Source of the DNA: a bacterium
GTDB taxonomy: Bacteria; Patescibacteriota; CPR2; UBA1875; JAJYID01
DNA length: 64,000 nt
Assembly: GCA_030647205.1 (NCBI GenBank)
Contig: JAUSJO010000006.1
Coordinates: 11,163-75,162, forward strand
Direction of reading: 5' to 3'
A program made the position numbers and the translations under genes. Shown here piece after piece: positions 29,093 through 37,342 of the stretch (the stretch's first letter is position 1; every line of letters begins with the position of its first letter). The notes under the pieces are model-generated. The model was given only the letters and a program-made list of their open reading frames with translations, made no database searches and had not been told where the DNA came from.

Positions 29093-30264
29093 ACTATCTG
29101 CCCCAAAGAAATTCCAGCGTCTCCTCTCGGTATTTCCCGACTAACTATAACTCCTTTAGAAACCAAGTATTCAGAGATGATTTTATTATTTGCGACTCCT
29201 CCGGCAAAGAATATCTGTTTCTTGCCCCCTCTTTTCTGGCAAATATCCCACAATCCTTTAGCCAAATACATTTGGGCAGTTGCCGCTAATCTTTCCTTAT
29301 CCTTATCAAGATTATTTATCAAATATTCAAAAAGCGGTGTCGTTTGAAGCTCAAAAGTGCCATCGACTCCCCTAGCTTCCGGCTCTATTTCATATGGTTT
29401 GCCAGAGTTTTTCTCCAAGTTCTCAATCGGCGCATGTTTATATTCTCTTTCATTTCCTGAAAAACCAAGAAGTACCGAAACTGCATCCAAAACTCTACCA
29501 GTGCTTGAAGTTTCCAGGCAGTTAAACCCCTCCTTATGTTGATTCCATAAAAGTTCAAATTCATTTTTGTCGTAATATTCTTTTACAAATTCATAAGCCT
29601 CATCTTTCTTCATGAATTTGCCTAGAATACTGATAATCATTCTCGCCGGTTCCTTTATAGCCAGTTCTCCTCCAATCAATGTCTGGTTTTCAAGATGTCC
29701 TATTCTTTTTTCTCCGCCATTTGAAAATTCAAAGACTTCCCCGCCCCAGATCTTTTCGTCAAGCCCATAACCAGTGCCATCGCAAGCAATGCCAATAAAT
29801 CCGTATTTGTCATTTCGACCGACTTCACGGAGTGACGAGTGGAGAAATCCCTTTCCCTCTTTGCTAAGAGATTCTTCGACTCCGCTATCGCTACGCTCAG
29901 AATGACAAGACTGAGTTATCATGTTATCCCCGACCGCAGAAAAGATGTGGGCCAAGTGATGCTGGACTTGGACAAACTCCACACCAAATTTACTTGCCAG
30001 CTCTTTGCCCCACTTCGTTGTATGAAATAAAGGATGAAGATCGCAAATAATGATATCTGGCTTGCCATTTTTATCTATAAAATCCAAAACGGCTCTCTTA
30101 AAATTTGAAAGATTTTTATTATCCAAGAGGTCGCCAAACCCGTCTCGAAAACAAACCTTCCCCTCCTTATAAAAAGAAAAGTTGCCATCAGACTCCGGGC
30201 CCAAGGCAAGAATAGTTCGATTACTTTCTAAATTAACAGTCCAAGACTTCATTTGCAGTGACAA
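29056..30264 (-). CDS. hypF: HypF-like carbamoyltransferase, Kae1/YgjD-like C-terminal domain only (no acylphosphatase, Zn-finger or YrdC domains), carrying an in-frame MITE-like insertion
   Basis: ILALGPESDGNFSF..., HHLAHIFSAVGD..., FFAGGVANNKII resemble the C-terminal Kae1-like domain of HypF. 402 aa versus ~750 for full HypF. Repeat copy B (29806-29909) lies inside and is translated as ...QSCHSERSDSGVEESLSKEGKGFLHSSLREVGRNDKYG... Confidence 0.6.
   Translation of the reverse strand: MSLQMKSWTVNLESNRTILALGPESDGNFSFYKEGKVCFRDGFGDLLDNKNLSNFKRAVLDFIDKNGKPDIIICDLHPLFHTTKWGKELASKFGVEFVQVQHHLAHIFSAVGDNMITQSCHSERSDSGVEESLSKEGKGFLHSSLREVGRNDKYGFIGIACDGTGYGLDEKIWGGEVFEFSNGGEKRIGHLENQTLIGGELAIKEPARMIISILGKFMKKDEAYEFVKEYYDKNEFELLWNQHKEGFNCLETSSTGRVLDAVSVLLGFSGNEREYKHAPIENLEKNSGKPYEIEPEARGVDGTFELQTTPLFEYLINNLDKDKERLAATAQMYLAKGLWDICQKRGGKKQIFFAGGVANNKIISEYLVSKGVIVSREIPRGDAGISLGQIVYFLSVLSVNHS
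29806..29909. repeat. MITE/RPE-like repeat copy B (~104 bp; TTGTCATTTCG ... CAGAATGACAAG) inside the hypF-like gene
   Basis: Shares its 5' ~60 nt with copy A (1746-1855). Terminal inverted repeats ttgtcattt / aatgacaag. Confidence 0.7.
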
Positions 30265-30458
30265 TGAGTATCTTTAATTAGGTTTAAAATAGTCCTAGCC
30301 TCACTCTCGGGCAAGGTTGCGATAGCTAGCTTGTCATGAGCTAAAATCCAATCGCCTTTTTTAACATTTGAGAGCAACTGAATAGAAATCTTTGATTTAC
30401 CTGCATATACAAAGTTCTTTTCGACTTTCTCTACTTGTACCGGTGTCGCCAAGCACAT
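30249..30458 (-). CDS. hypC: Second HypC/HupF-family hydrogenase maturation factor
   Basis: MCLATPVQVEKV... (Cys2 start) ~69 aa. The listed ORF has a 5-codon upstream extension. Confidence 0.7.
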   Translation of the reverse strand: MCLATPVQVEKVEKNFVYAGKSKISIQLLSNVKKGDWILAHDKLAIATLPESEARTILNLIKDTHCHCK

Positions 30459-30614
30459 AATATAAGTTCCCAATTAAATAATCCTAACTGCTAAAAGTAT
30501 ATCACTAAAAAATATATCTAAAAAGCAAAACCCCGCAAGTTTGCGTTTTGCTTTTTGCAAACCTACGGGGCAGTTTTTTTGAAATACGGTAATGATGAGC
30601 TGACATCCTAAATA

Positions 30615-30893
30615 CTATTGGCCTCCTTCAAGTTCATTTTTTCCCTTTTCGGCGGTCTTTCCTTTGCCATAAGGACAGATGGTGTCTGTGCTAAGCCCGG
30701 TGCTACAAATGATAGTTTTACCACCTTCATTTCTGGTACCATCACACTCTCCGCATTTAACAGGAACAATGTGTATATCAAGGCTTGGGATGGTAATGGT
30801 CTTTCCCTTAGACAGACTTTCTCTCAAGAAAAGCCCGGCCATGCAGTCCCTGACTTTATTAAAGTACTCCTTCTTCTCCTCCATTATCGCCAT
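30615..30893 (-). CDS. Hypothetical small Cys-rich protein (CGEC...CSTG...CPYG)
   Basis: ORF track, with start moved to MAIMEEKK. It is not a convincing HypA because it lacks the paired CxxC motifs and the MHE N-terminus. Confidence 0.3.
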   Translation of the reverse strand: MAIMEEKKEYFNKVRDCMAGLFLRESLSKGKTITIPSLDIHIVPVKCGECDGTRNEGGKTIICSTGLSTDTICPYGKGKTAEKGKNELEGGQ

Positions 30894-30904
30894 CTTGCCC
30901 CCCC

Positions 30905-31270
30905 TCAATGTTTCCCGGCATATCGCAGACGTATACCCAAAGACATAGTAGGGCATAACGCCCACACTACTAGCTTAACCAGAGCTATCTTTGCCTTGCC
31001 ACTCTCGCTATACTTGAGATCCAGATGCATCTCCTCCCGAAAATGTTTTACACCAAGAAGCGCCATTGTCTTAGGATTTAGCGGCTTCATAGATACACCA
31101 AGGATGAAATTGATTTTCTTCGCCCTCTCCATGGCTTGCCGATGTCTCAGACGACAAAGCTCAAGTTCATATTTCTCCTCTGTAGTAAGCTCCATGAGAG
31201 GAAACTTCCTTGCATACTCCTTAAAGCCCGCTCTCACAGATGCGATATCATTTGGTTTTACCCGCTCCAT
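30905..31270 (-). CDS. Hypothetical protein
   Basis: ORF track only. Confidence 0.3.
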   Translation of the reverse strand: MERVKPNDIASVRAGFKEYARKFPLMELTTEEKYELELCRLRHRQAMERAKKINFILGVSMKPLNPKTMALLGVKHFREEMHLDLKYSESGKAKIALVKLVVWALCPTMSLGIRLRYAGKH

Positions 31271-31279
31271 CTATCCTCC

Positions 31280-31720
31280 TTAACTATTGTCTGTAATGAG
31301 TTTCTGTTGTATCCTCCCTGAGAAAAAGAGAATTTTTTCTCTCTCCTCCGGCTGAAAATACGACAGCACTTTCTCCGCATGATCTTTTGACTCTGTCGAA
31401 TGATTTACAAACGCTTCATTTGACCCGTGGTTTAAAACATAGAGATATCCCCATCTTTCCATGAGCCCTAAAGCGGTTGTTATTTCCGGACTTCTCGGAG
31501 TAGTCTCGCCTGAAGAAAATGTGATACCCCTATCCGCAAAAAACTGAGGATATTCATCAGCTAGTTCACGAAAAGCCGCGTGCATCAGATCCTCATCGTA
31601 CGGAAACTTCTGGTCTGGAAACTCACTTAAAATAACAAACATTAGATCTGAGGAATATATTTCTGCACCTGCCATTTTCTGGCCTCCTAATATTGGGTTT
31701 TCAAGGAGCACCCTCCCCAT
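31280..31720 (-). CDS. Hypothetical protein
   Basis: ORF track only. Confidence 0.4.
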   Translation of the reverse strand: MGRVLLENPILGGQKMAGAEIYSSDLMFVILSEFPDQKFPYDEDLMHAAFRELADEYPQFFADRGITFSSGETTPRSPEITTALGLMERWGYLYVLNHGSNEAFVNHSTESKDHAEKVLSYFQPEEREKILFFSGRIQQKLITDNS

Positions 31721-31771
31721 TCATTACTGATTATTTTACTATAGAATAATCGTTTTGTCGAAAAAGAAAAA

Positions 31772-31799
31772 GCCCCGAAGTTTTTAAAAACTTCGGGGC
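31772..31799 (-). terminator. Rho-independent terminator (perfect 12-bp stem gccccgaagttt / aaacttcggggc) for the 31812-32564 gene
   Basis: On the minus strand the hairpin is followed by tttttctttttc. The palindromic stem could also act bidirectionally. Confidence 0.7.
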
Positions 31800-31811
31800 C
31801 TGAAAGTACAC

Positions 31812-32564
31812 TTATAACCAGCTCAGAACCCATCTGGCTCCAAGGTCAACAAACACAAGAGCAAAAAGGGGAGCCATAAGGGAGAACCATGCTCTAAAGA
31901 AGAGACAAACCGAATAGAGTTTCGCCTCAAAGCAAATCTCTCCATTAGAACGGATCGGCTTGATAGAGAGCAGATCACCAACAAAGAACTGCCAGAGTTT
32001 CCTTAAAAATCCCCCTTTGAGCATATTTACGCGCGCTTTGCGTTCCCGTATACGGACAACCACAAACCAGATGACTGAGCTGATAGCTATCAATACACTC
32101 ATGGCTATAAGGTAGCCATATATGTATGGAGCAAGATTGTCCGCAAAGTTCTCTCTGGGAATCATGGAAGCTATCCAGGTAACAAGGGAATCTGCGCCTT
32201 TCAACATTAGCCAGACGCATGACACAATGACCATGATCACAGATATTAAAAATTCTGCGAAAATGACCCTTTCGTCTCCTTCATCCCTGGATGTACGTAT
32301 CATCCAAATCACAAATGACATGCCGGCCAATGATATGGCCAGCAAAACAAGAGGATATACTATGCCGTACTGGTCCAGAAACGAAACAAAGAAAAACGAC
32401 GTAACTGCCCCTTGCTCGCCTCCCTTACTCAATGCTATCAGAGGCAAAGAAAGAACGAGAGATATGGCCGCGATAACAAACGACCATGATATCAGTCGGT
32501 ATAGTGCTTTCTCTAGGCCTTTCGGCGGACTTGCCTTGTAATCTATCGCCTGATCAATTGCCAT
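31812..32564 (-). CDS. Polytopic membrane protein, hypothetical
   Basis: ORF track, ~6 predicted TM helices. Confidence 0.45.
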   Translation of the reverse strand: MAIDQAIDYKASPPKGLEKALYRLISWSFVIAAISLVLSLPLIALSKGGEQGAVTSFFFVSFLDQYGIVYPLVLLAISLAGMSFVIWMIRTSRDEGDERVIFAEFLISVIMVIVSCVWLMLKGADSLVTWIASMIPRENFADNLAPYIYGYLIAMSVLIAISSVIWFVVVRIRERKARVNMLKGGFLRKLWQFFVGDLLSIKPIRSNGEICFEAKLYSVCLFFRAWFSLMAPLFALVFVDLGARWVLSWL

Positions 32565-32820
32565 TTTGAGCCACCTCCTTTTCTTCGAAAGTTATCACTT
32601 TCTTGAATGCTCTCTCCACGATCCCGGATAGTTTGTCAGATGCGATAACCACTACCACGATAATTATCGAGGACATGAAGATAGCAAAAGGGATCGCTGA
32701 GGCATTAGGGATACGCATCGTGTAGTCTATAATCTTAAGCCCAAGATAGAGGCAGCCGTACATCAAACCATATCCTGCCACCCACCACAACCATTTGTGT
32801 TGTTTCAGAACGATCGGCAT
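32554..32820 (-). CDS. Small membrane protein
   Basis: ORF track, 2-3 TM helices. Confidence 0.35.
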   Translation of the reverse strand: MPIVLKQHKWLWWVAGYGLMYGCLYLGLKIIDYTMRIPNASAIPFAIFMSSIIIVVVVIASDKLSGIVERAFKKVITFEEKEVAQNGN

Positions 32821-32832
32821 CAGATCCCTCCT

Positions 32833-33321
32833 TCATTGAGTGTAGATGTTGTATTCATCTGTAATCTCCAGGATCGGAGTCAGCTCTTCTGCAGTAACTA
32901 CTCGGAAAGCTTTCCGGAGCATCTCAACGTTTTCTAGTCGCATGTACAAAGATGCATCTAGATCCTCGAGATCACATGGTTCAGTGCTATCAGCTATTAG
33001 TCGGTGGTCATCTCCGGAATGAACTTCAATGAATCCGCATGGCTGGTTGTCGTCTCCTGCCCGCAAGCAATCCTTCAAGGTTTGCCCATGGACCCACTTG
33101 GCCAGCTCCAGGAACTTAAGCGCCCTTACCGCTATAATCACCGAGCGCTGCTCTCCTGACTCAAAGGCCAGAGTAAGCTCCGGGTTTCGACCAGCGGTCA
33201 TGAGACCGATACCGATCCGATGTGTCCCGCCGGAATCATTTATCCCGATAAACGGAATCGTCTTTAACCGGTTGCCAAAAACAAACTTCTCACTTTCTTC
33301 ACTTCGGGAAACTATGATCAT
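32833..33321 (-). CDS. Hypothetical soluble protein (~163 aa)
   Basis: The ORF track entry (to 33504) has a Cys/His-rich implausible N-extension. The start is taken at MIIVSRSEE, where an ATGA overlap with the upstream gene occurs. Confidence 0.4.
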   Translation of the reverse strand: MIIVSRSEESEKFVFGNRLKTIPFIGINDSGGTHRIGIGLMTAGRNPELTLAFESGEQRSVIIAVRALKFLELAKWVHGQTLKDCLRAGDDNQPCGFIEVHSGDDHRLIADSTEPCDLEDLDASLYMRLENVEMLRKAFRVVTAEELTPILEITDEYNIYTQ

Positions 33322-33632
33322 CAGATTACTCCTTTGTTCCTTGTCCGCGACCTTCGGTATGCCAAGACAGATAATGTGATAACAACCGCACAAAGTATTG
33401 CTAAAAACGCAGCTACATAATCCATGAAGTTCCAGAACGTTTCGTATGGCACGTTTCTGAAACAATAGGCAGAAATAATAATGCCCATGAAGATGACTGC
33501 CCAAATAGACGCCGCTTTAAGGGTTTCTTTCAATATAAACATTAGATCCCACCTCCATCGATGTTTTTTCAAAGAACTGCTTGTTTTTAAAGCTATAAAG
33601 TTGATTTTATCACATTTATCACCTTTTAGCAA
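33321..33632 (-). CDS. Small membrane protein
   Basis: ORF track, 3 TM helices. Confidence 0.4.
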   Translation of the reverse strand: MLKGDKCDKINFIALKTSSSLKKHRWRWDLMFILKETLKAASIWAVIFMGIIISAYCFRNVPYETFWNFMDYVAAFLAILCAVVITLSVLAYRRSRTRNKGVI

Positions 33633-33660
33633 TAGAAAAGAGCCCTGTGAAGGAAAAATA

Positions 33661-33984
33661 TCACAGGGCCCCGCCGCACTTTTTGCATGTCTTTAGGTGT
33701 GGGTATTCAATCATATCGGTTAGCGGGCTTGCATAAATGCGGCCACGCAGTTTCCAATATTCATACCTTTTGTCCCTCGTTCTTTCATTTTCCCCTTCGG
33801 GATAGAACTTACAGGAACATTTGCTGCCTTTGTTTCTCTGTTTTGATCTCGTTGCTTCGGCTACTGCGCCAAAAGCAATAGTTATAGCAAAAAACATTAA
33901 AGATATCACGGTTGAAAGTGTGCTGCAAAAACCACTCAAAAAGTGTTTCGAGTGCTTCTTTACTTTTTGAGCCAAAGTACTCAC
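33661..33984 (-). CDS. Membrane-anchored protein with C-terminal zinc-ribbon
   Basis: A TM helix, then CSCK...CKKCGG. Confidence 0.4.
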   Translation of the reverse strand: MSTLAQKVKKHSKHFLSGFCSTLSTVISLMFFAITIAFGAVAEATRSKQRNKGSKCSCKFYPEGENERTRDKRYEYWKLRGRIYASPLTDMIEYPHLKTCKKCGGAL

Positions 33985-34050
33985 CTCCTTAAAATCCTGT
34001 ATTTTTTAGAGACGTGAAAAATATCCTAACATAAACCAAGCCTAAAAATC

Positions 34051-34063
34051 AAGGATAATCCTT
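34051..34063. promoter_or_regulatory. Perfect palindrome AAGGATAATCCTT ~55 nt upstream of the zinc transporter gene (candidate Zur-type operator)
   Basis: Read directly from the sequence. Position relative to the ZIP transporter start at 34117. Confidence 0.35.
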
Positions 34064-34116
34064 ACCAGGCTAATTGTTAAATTGCAAAAATTTGTTTATG
34101 CGCCTACTATATTCTT

Positions 34117-34860
34117 ATGGTAAGTAATCTTCTTTCTGTAATTATGTATTCGCTTATTGCCGGACTGGCGACATATCTTTCAGCGCAGTTTGTCATAAGG
34201 GACAAAAAGCTTTCTACTAAAAAAGTGATTTATTTTGTTAGCTTTTCTGCCGGCGCCCTTTTTTCTTTGGCATTTTTTCATCTAATACCCGAGGCGCTTG
34301 ATTTAAACCCAAAAAATGCGCTTTATGCTACAGTTGGCGCCTTTGTTCTCTTCTATTTCCTAGAGCAACAAATCATGATGCACTCCTGCGAGGAAGAAAA
34401 ATGCTCCCATCACCATGTCGACAAAAGCAAAGGTCTGGTTGGACTTTGGGGGATTCTGCTGCACTCTCTCATTGACGGCGCGCTTATCGGCATCGGATTT
34501 GAAGTAAACTTTGCCCTTGGGCTCGTCACTGCCCTTGCAGTTTTGGTCCACAAAATACCGGATGGCATATCCGTCTCGAGCATTATGCTCCATAGCGGAT
34601 TTACAAAAAAAGACACTAGTAGAAATTCTTCACTTGTAGCTATTGCTACTCCTATCGGAGCAATTCTAGCCTACTTTCTCCTCCGTGGAGTTTCAAATGA
34701 TTGGATTGGTTTAGCGCTCGGCTTTTCTGCAGGCACATTCCTCTACATCTCCGCCAGCGACCTCATCCCCGAAACACACGAAAATGTAAACTGGCTAAAT
34801 GGGTTCTTTGTGGTTTTGGGTATCATAGCGATAGTATTTACTAAGATATTGATAACATAG
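34117..34860 (+). CDS. zupT: ZIP family zinc transporter (ZupT-like)
   Basis: 8 TM helices, a His-rich loop (CSHHHVD), and HSLIDGALIG / HKIPDG ZIP signature motifs. Confidence 0.8.
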   Translation: MVSNLLSVIMYSLIAGLATYLSAQFVIRDKKLSTKKVIYFVSFSAGALFSLAFFHLIPEALDLNPKNALYATVGAFVLFYFLEQQIMMHSCEEEKCSHHHVDKSKGLVGLWGILLHSLIDGALIGIGFEVNFALGLVTALAVLVHKIPDGISVSSIMLHSGFTKKDTSRNSSLVAIATPIGAILAYFLLRGVSNDWIGLALGFSAGTFLYISASDLIPETHENVNWLNGFFVVLGIIAIVFTKILIT

Positions 34861-34886
34861 AAACTACCGCCTATCCTCGTAAATAA

Positions 34887-35441
34887 CTACCTAAACTGGT
34901 TTACTTGCTGCAGTATTGCCTCTAGGTCGTCTGCAGCTCCGGCTATCTTCTCTTCACCTGTTGCTACTCGTCCTTCTCGTCTCCCTAAACTATCATACTC
35001 CGTAAGTGACCATTCAAAACAGTCTCTCAGTGCTGATATATTGAGTTGCTTGTTTTCGTAACTAGAAAATATTGATTTTAGAGGAACACGGGAGTTTAAA
35101 GTTTCAAGCGCTTTAGCCTCTTCGTTTTTCATCCCAGCCTGTCTTTTTTTAACTTCATCATAATAGTATAAACTTGCCCTAATAAGGTTCTGCCCCTCTT
35201 GTGCTTGTCTACCTATTAAATTCGCTTCACTAGAAGTTTTCCCCTGTATTGGTAGTTTATCCAAATTATTAACAAAGTTTTTAAAATCAGAACTCTTATA
35301 AAGATCGCTAATGTCGCCAAATCTTTGAAATTTCTCGATTTCAGAGACATCTTTGTAAGGCTTTTTTCCTATTTGTTGTTCACTAGGAGACTCTATACTT
35401 GATGACCCATCCTCTGTATTAAAATTGCCTATCTCGGTCAT
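34887..35441 (-). CDS. Hypothetical protein
   Basis: ORF track. Confidence 0.4.
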   Translation of the reverse strand: MTEIGNFNTEDGSSSIESPSEQQIGKKPYKDVSEIEKFQRFGDISDLYKSSDFKNFVNNLDKLPIQGKTSSEANLIGRQAQEGQNLIRASLYYYDEVKKRQAGMKNEEAKALETLNSRVPLKSIFSSYENKQLNISALRDCFEWSLTEYDSLGRREGRVATGEEKIAGAADDLEAILQQVNQFR

Positions 35442-35482
35442 ATCGCTTCTCCACGGTTAGTGTTTTGATTATATATCAATTA

Positions 35483-37261
35483 CTACTTCTTCAAAAGCTT
35501 TACAAAAACATCTGAAGGAATAGAAACTCTGCCGATCTGGGCCATTTTTTTCTTGCCTTTCTTTTGCTTTTCGAGAAGTTTTCTTTTTCTAGTTACATCA
35601 CCTCCATAGAGTTTGGCCGTTACGTCCTTGCGGTAAGGAGAGATATCTTCGCGAGCGACAATCTTACCGCCAAGGGCCGCCTGCAAAGTGATTTTGAACG
35701 CCTGTTTTGGTATCAGATCTTTCAACTTTGTGACTATTTTCTGCCCTTGCCCAAATGCCTCGTCTCTATGAACTATCATTGAGAGCGTATCAGCCGGCTC
35801 CCCCGAGATAAGTATGTCCATTTTAACCAAGTCTGATGCTCGAAAGCCTATCATTTCGTAGCTGAGAGAAGCGTAACCAGAAGAAACACTCTTAAGATCG
35901 TCATAGTAGTCGGTAACTATCCCAGAAAGTGGCGCTTCAAAGGTGATGAGGGCGGTATTCTCCTCAAGGTAGCTGATATTTTTCATGGCTCCGCGTTTAC
36001 CTTGGGTCAGTTCCATTATCCGCCCAACATATTCCTTCGGTGTAACCACCTCAAGTTTGAGCCACGGCTCGCGGATTTCGTTTATCTCTGAGCGATCCGG
36101 CATATCGGCCGGGCTTTTGATCAAGAGCACTTCACCGCTTGTTCTTGCTATCTCATATGAAACGCTCGGAGTAGTAATTATTAAGTTTAATCCAAACTCA
36201 CGCTCTAGCCTTTCTTTCACTATCTCCATATGAAGAAGCCCAAGGAATCCGCAACGAAATCCAAAGCCTAAAGAAACAGAATTCTCCGGTTCATAAACAA
36301 GAGCCGAGTCGGACAGTTGCAGCTTGGAAAGAGCTTCGCGCAAAACCTGATAATCTTCGCCGGAAGTAGTGAAAAGCCCGGTAAAAACAAATGGCATCAC
36401 TTTCTTGTAGCCGGGCAGAGGATCTTTCGCAGGAGCAGAGTTTAGTGTGACCGTATCTCCAACTCTTGCCTCGGATACATCTTTCAAGCCCGTAACAATA
36501 TAGCCAATTTCTCCGCATGTTAGGTCGTTTTTGGGATGAAAATCAGGCGTTAAGTAGCCTATTTCGAGTGTCTCACCCTGTGTATTCGTCGCCATCATTT
36601 TCAGCTTATCACCTTTAGTAATTTTCCCGTCAAAAATGCGGACATAAGTAATTACACCTCTATAGCTATCAAAAAATGAATCAAAAATGAGCGCCTTTGT
36701 CTCGCCGTCAGGGCTCCCTTTTGGTGCCGGCACTTTCTCAATAATCCTATCTAAAATATGTGTCACTCCCTCACCGGTTTTTCCTGAGGCCAAGATTATT
36801 TCATCCTCGCTTATTCCCAGCAAATCGATAATTTCCTTTGAAACTTTTTCCGGCTCGGCATGAGGAAGGTCAATCTTGTTTACCACTGGGATTATTTCCA
36901 AGCCCTGATCGATCGCCATGGTTAATGTGGTGAGCGTCTGCGCCTCAATTCCTTGAGAAGCATCGACAACTAGGATTGCCCCGTCAACAGCCGAGAGAGA
37001 ACGCGAAACCTCATATGAAAAGTCGACATGACCGGGAGTGTCTATCAGGTTTAGAATATTTCCCTTATACTCCATTCTCGCCGGCTGCAGCTTGATAGTG
37101 ATGCCGCGCTCCTGCTCAAGCTCCATAGTATCAAGCATCTGTTTTTTCATATCACGTTTTTGTATGGTGCCGGTCACTTCCAAAAAACGGTCAGCCAAAG
37201 TCGACTTACCGTGATCAATGTGAGCTATGATGCAAAAATTTCTAATATTTTCTTGTTTCAT
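35483..37261 (-). CDS. lepA: Translation elongation factor 4 (LepA)
   Basis: NFCIIAHIDHGKSTLADR G-domain motifs. 592 aa with the LepA-specific C-terminal region. Confidence 0.9.
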   Translation of the reverse strand: MKQENIRNFCIIAHIDHGKSTLADRFLEVTGTIQKRDMKKQMLDTMELEQERGITIKLQPARMEYKGNILNLIDTPGHVDFSYEVSRSLSAVDGAILVVDASQGIEAQTLTTLTMAIDQGLEIIPVVNKIDLPHAEPEKVSKEIIDLLGISEDEIILASGKTGEGVTHILDRIIEKVPAPKGSPDGETKALIFDSFFDSYRGVITYVRIFDGKITKGDKLKMMATNTQGETLEIGYLTPDFHPKNDLTCGEIGYIVTGLKDVSEARVGDTVTLNSAPAKDPLPGYKKVMPFVFTGLFTTSGEDYQVLREALSKLQLSDSALVYEPENSVSLGFGFRCGFLGLLHMEIVKERLEREFGLNLIITTPSVSYEIARTSGEVLLIKSPADMPDRSEINEIREPWLKLEVVTPKEYVGRIMELTQGKRGAMKNISYLEENTALITFEAPLSGIVTDYYDDLKSVSSGYASLSYEMIGFRASDLVKMDILISGEPADTLSMIVHRDEAFGQGQKIVTKLKDLIPKQAFKITLQAALGGKIVAREDISPYRKDVTAKLYGGDVTRKRKLLEKQKKGKKKMAQIGRVSIPSDVFVKLLKK

Positions 37262-37342
37262 GAAAGTAAATTATAGCAGAAAAAGAGCCAAATTTCGAGC
37301 TTATGTGAAAAAGAAAAGGCGACAACTTTGAAGTTATCGCCT

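Noticed and set aside
1700-29910. Repeats as a CRISPR array
   Set aside because: The copies are dispersed over 28 kb and differ in length (27-110 bp). They have terminal inverted repeats and no regular repeat-spacer periodicity. No cas genes are present.
30615-30965. Possible HypA (Ni metallochaperone) next to hypC2/hypF'
   Set aside because: Right size and Cys-containing, but lacks the N-terminal MHE Ni-binding motif and the two CxxC pairs of HypA. Left as a hypothetical Cys-rich protein.
30618-31283. 221-aa plus-strand ORF
   Set aside because: It lies antisense to two minus-strand genes, has low-complexity Arg/Ser-rich translation and no start context. Judged a shadow ORF.
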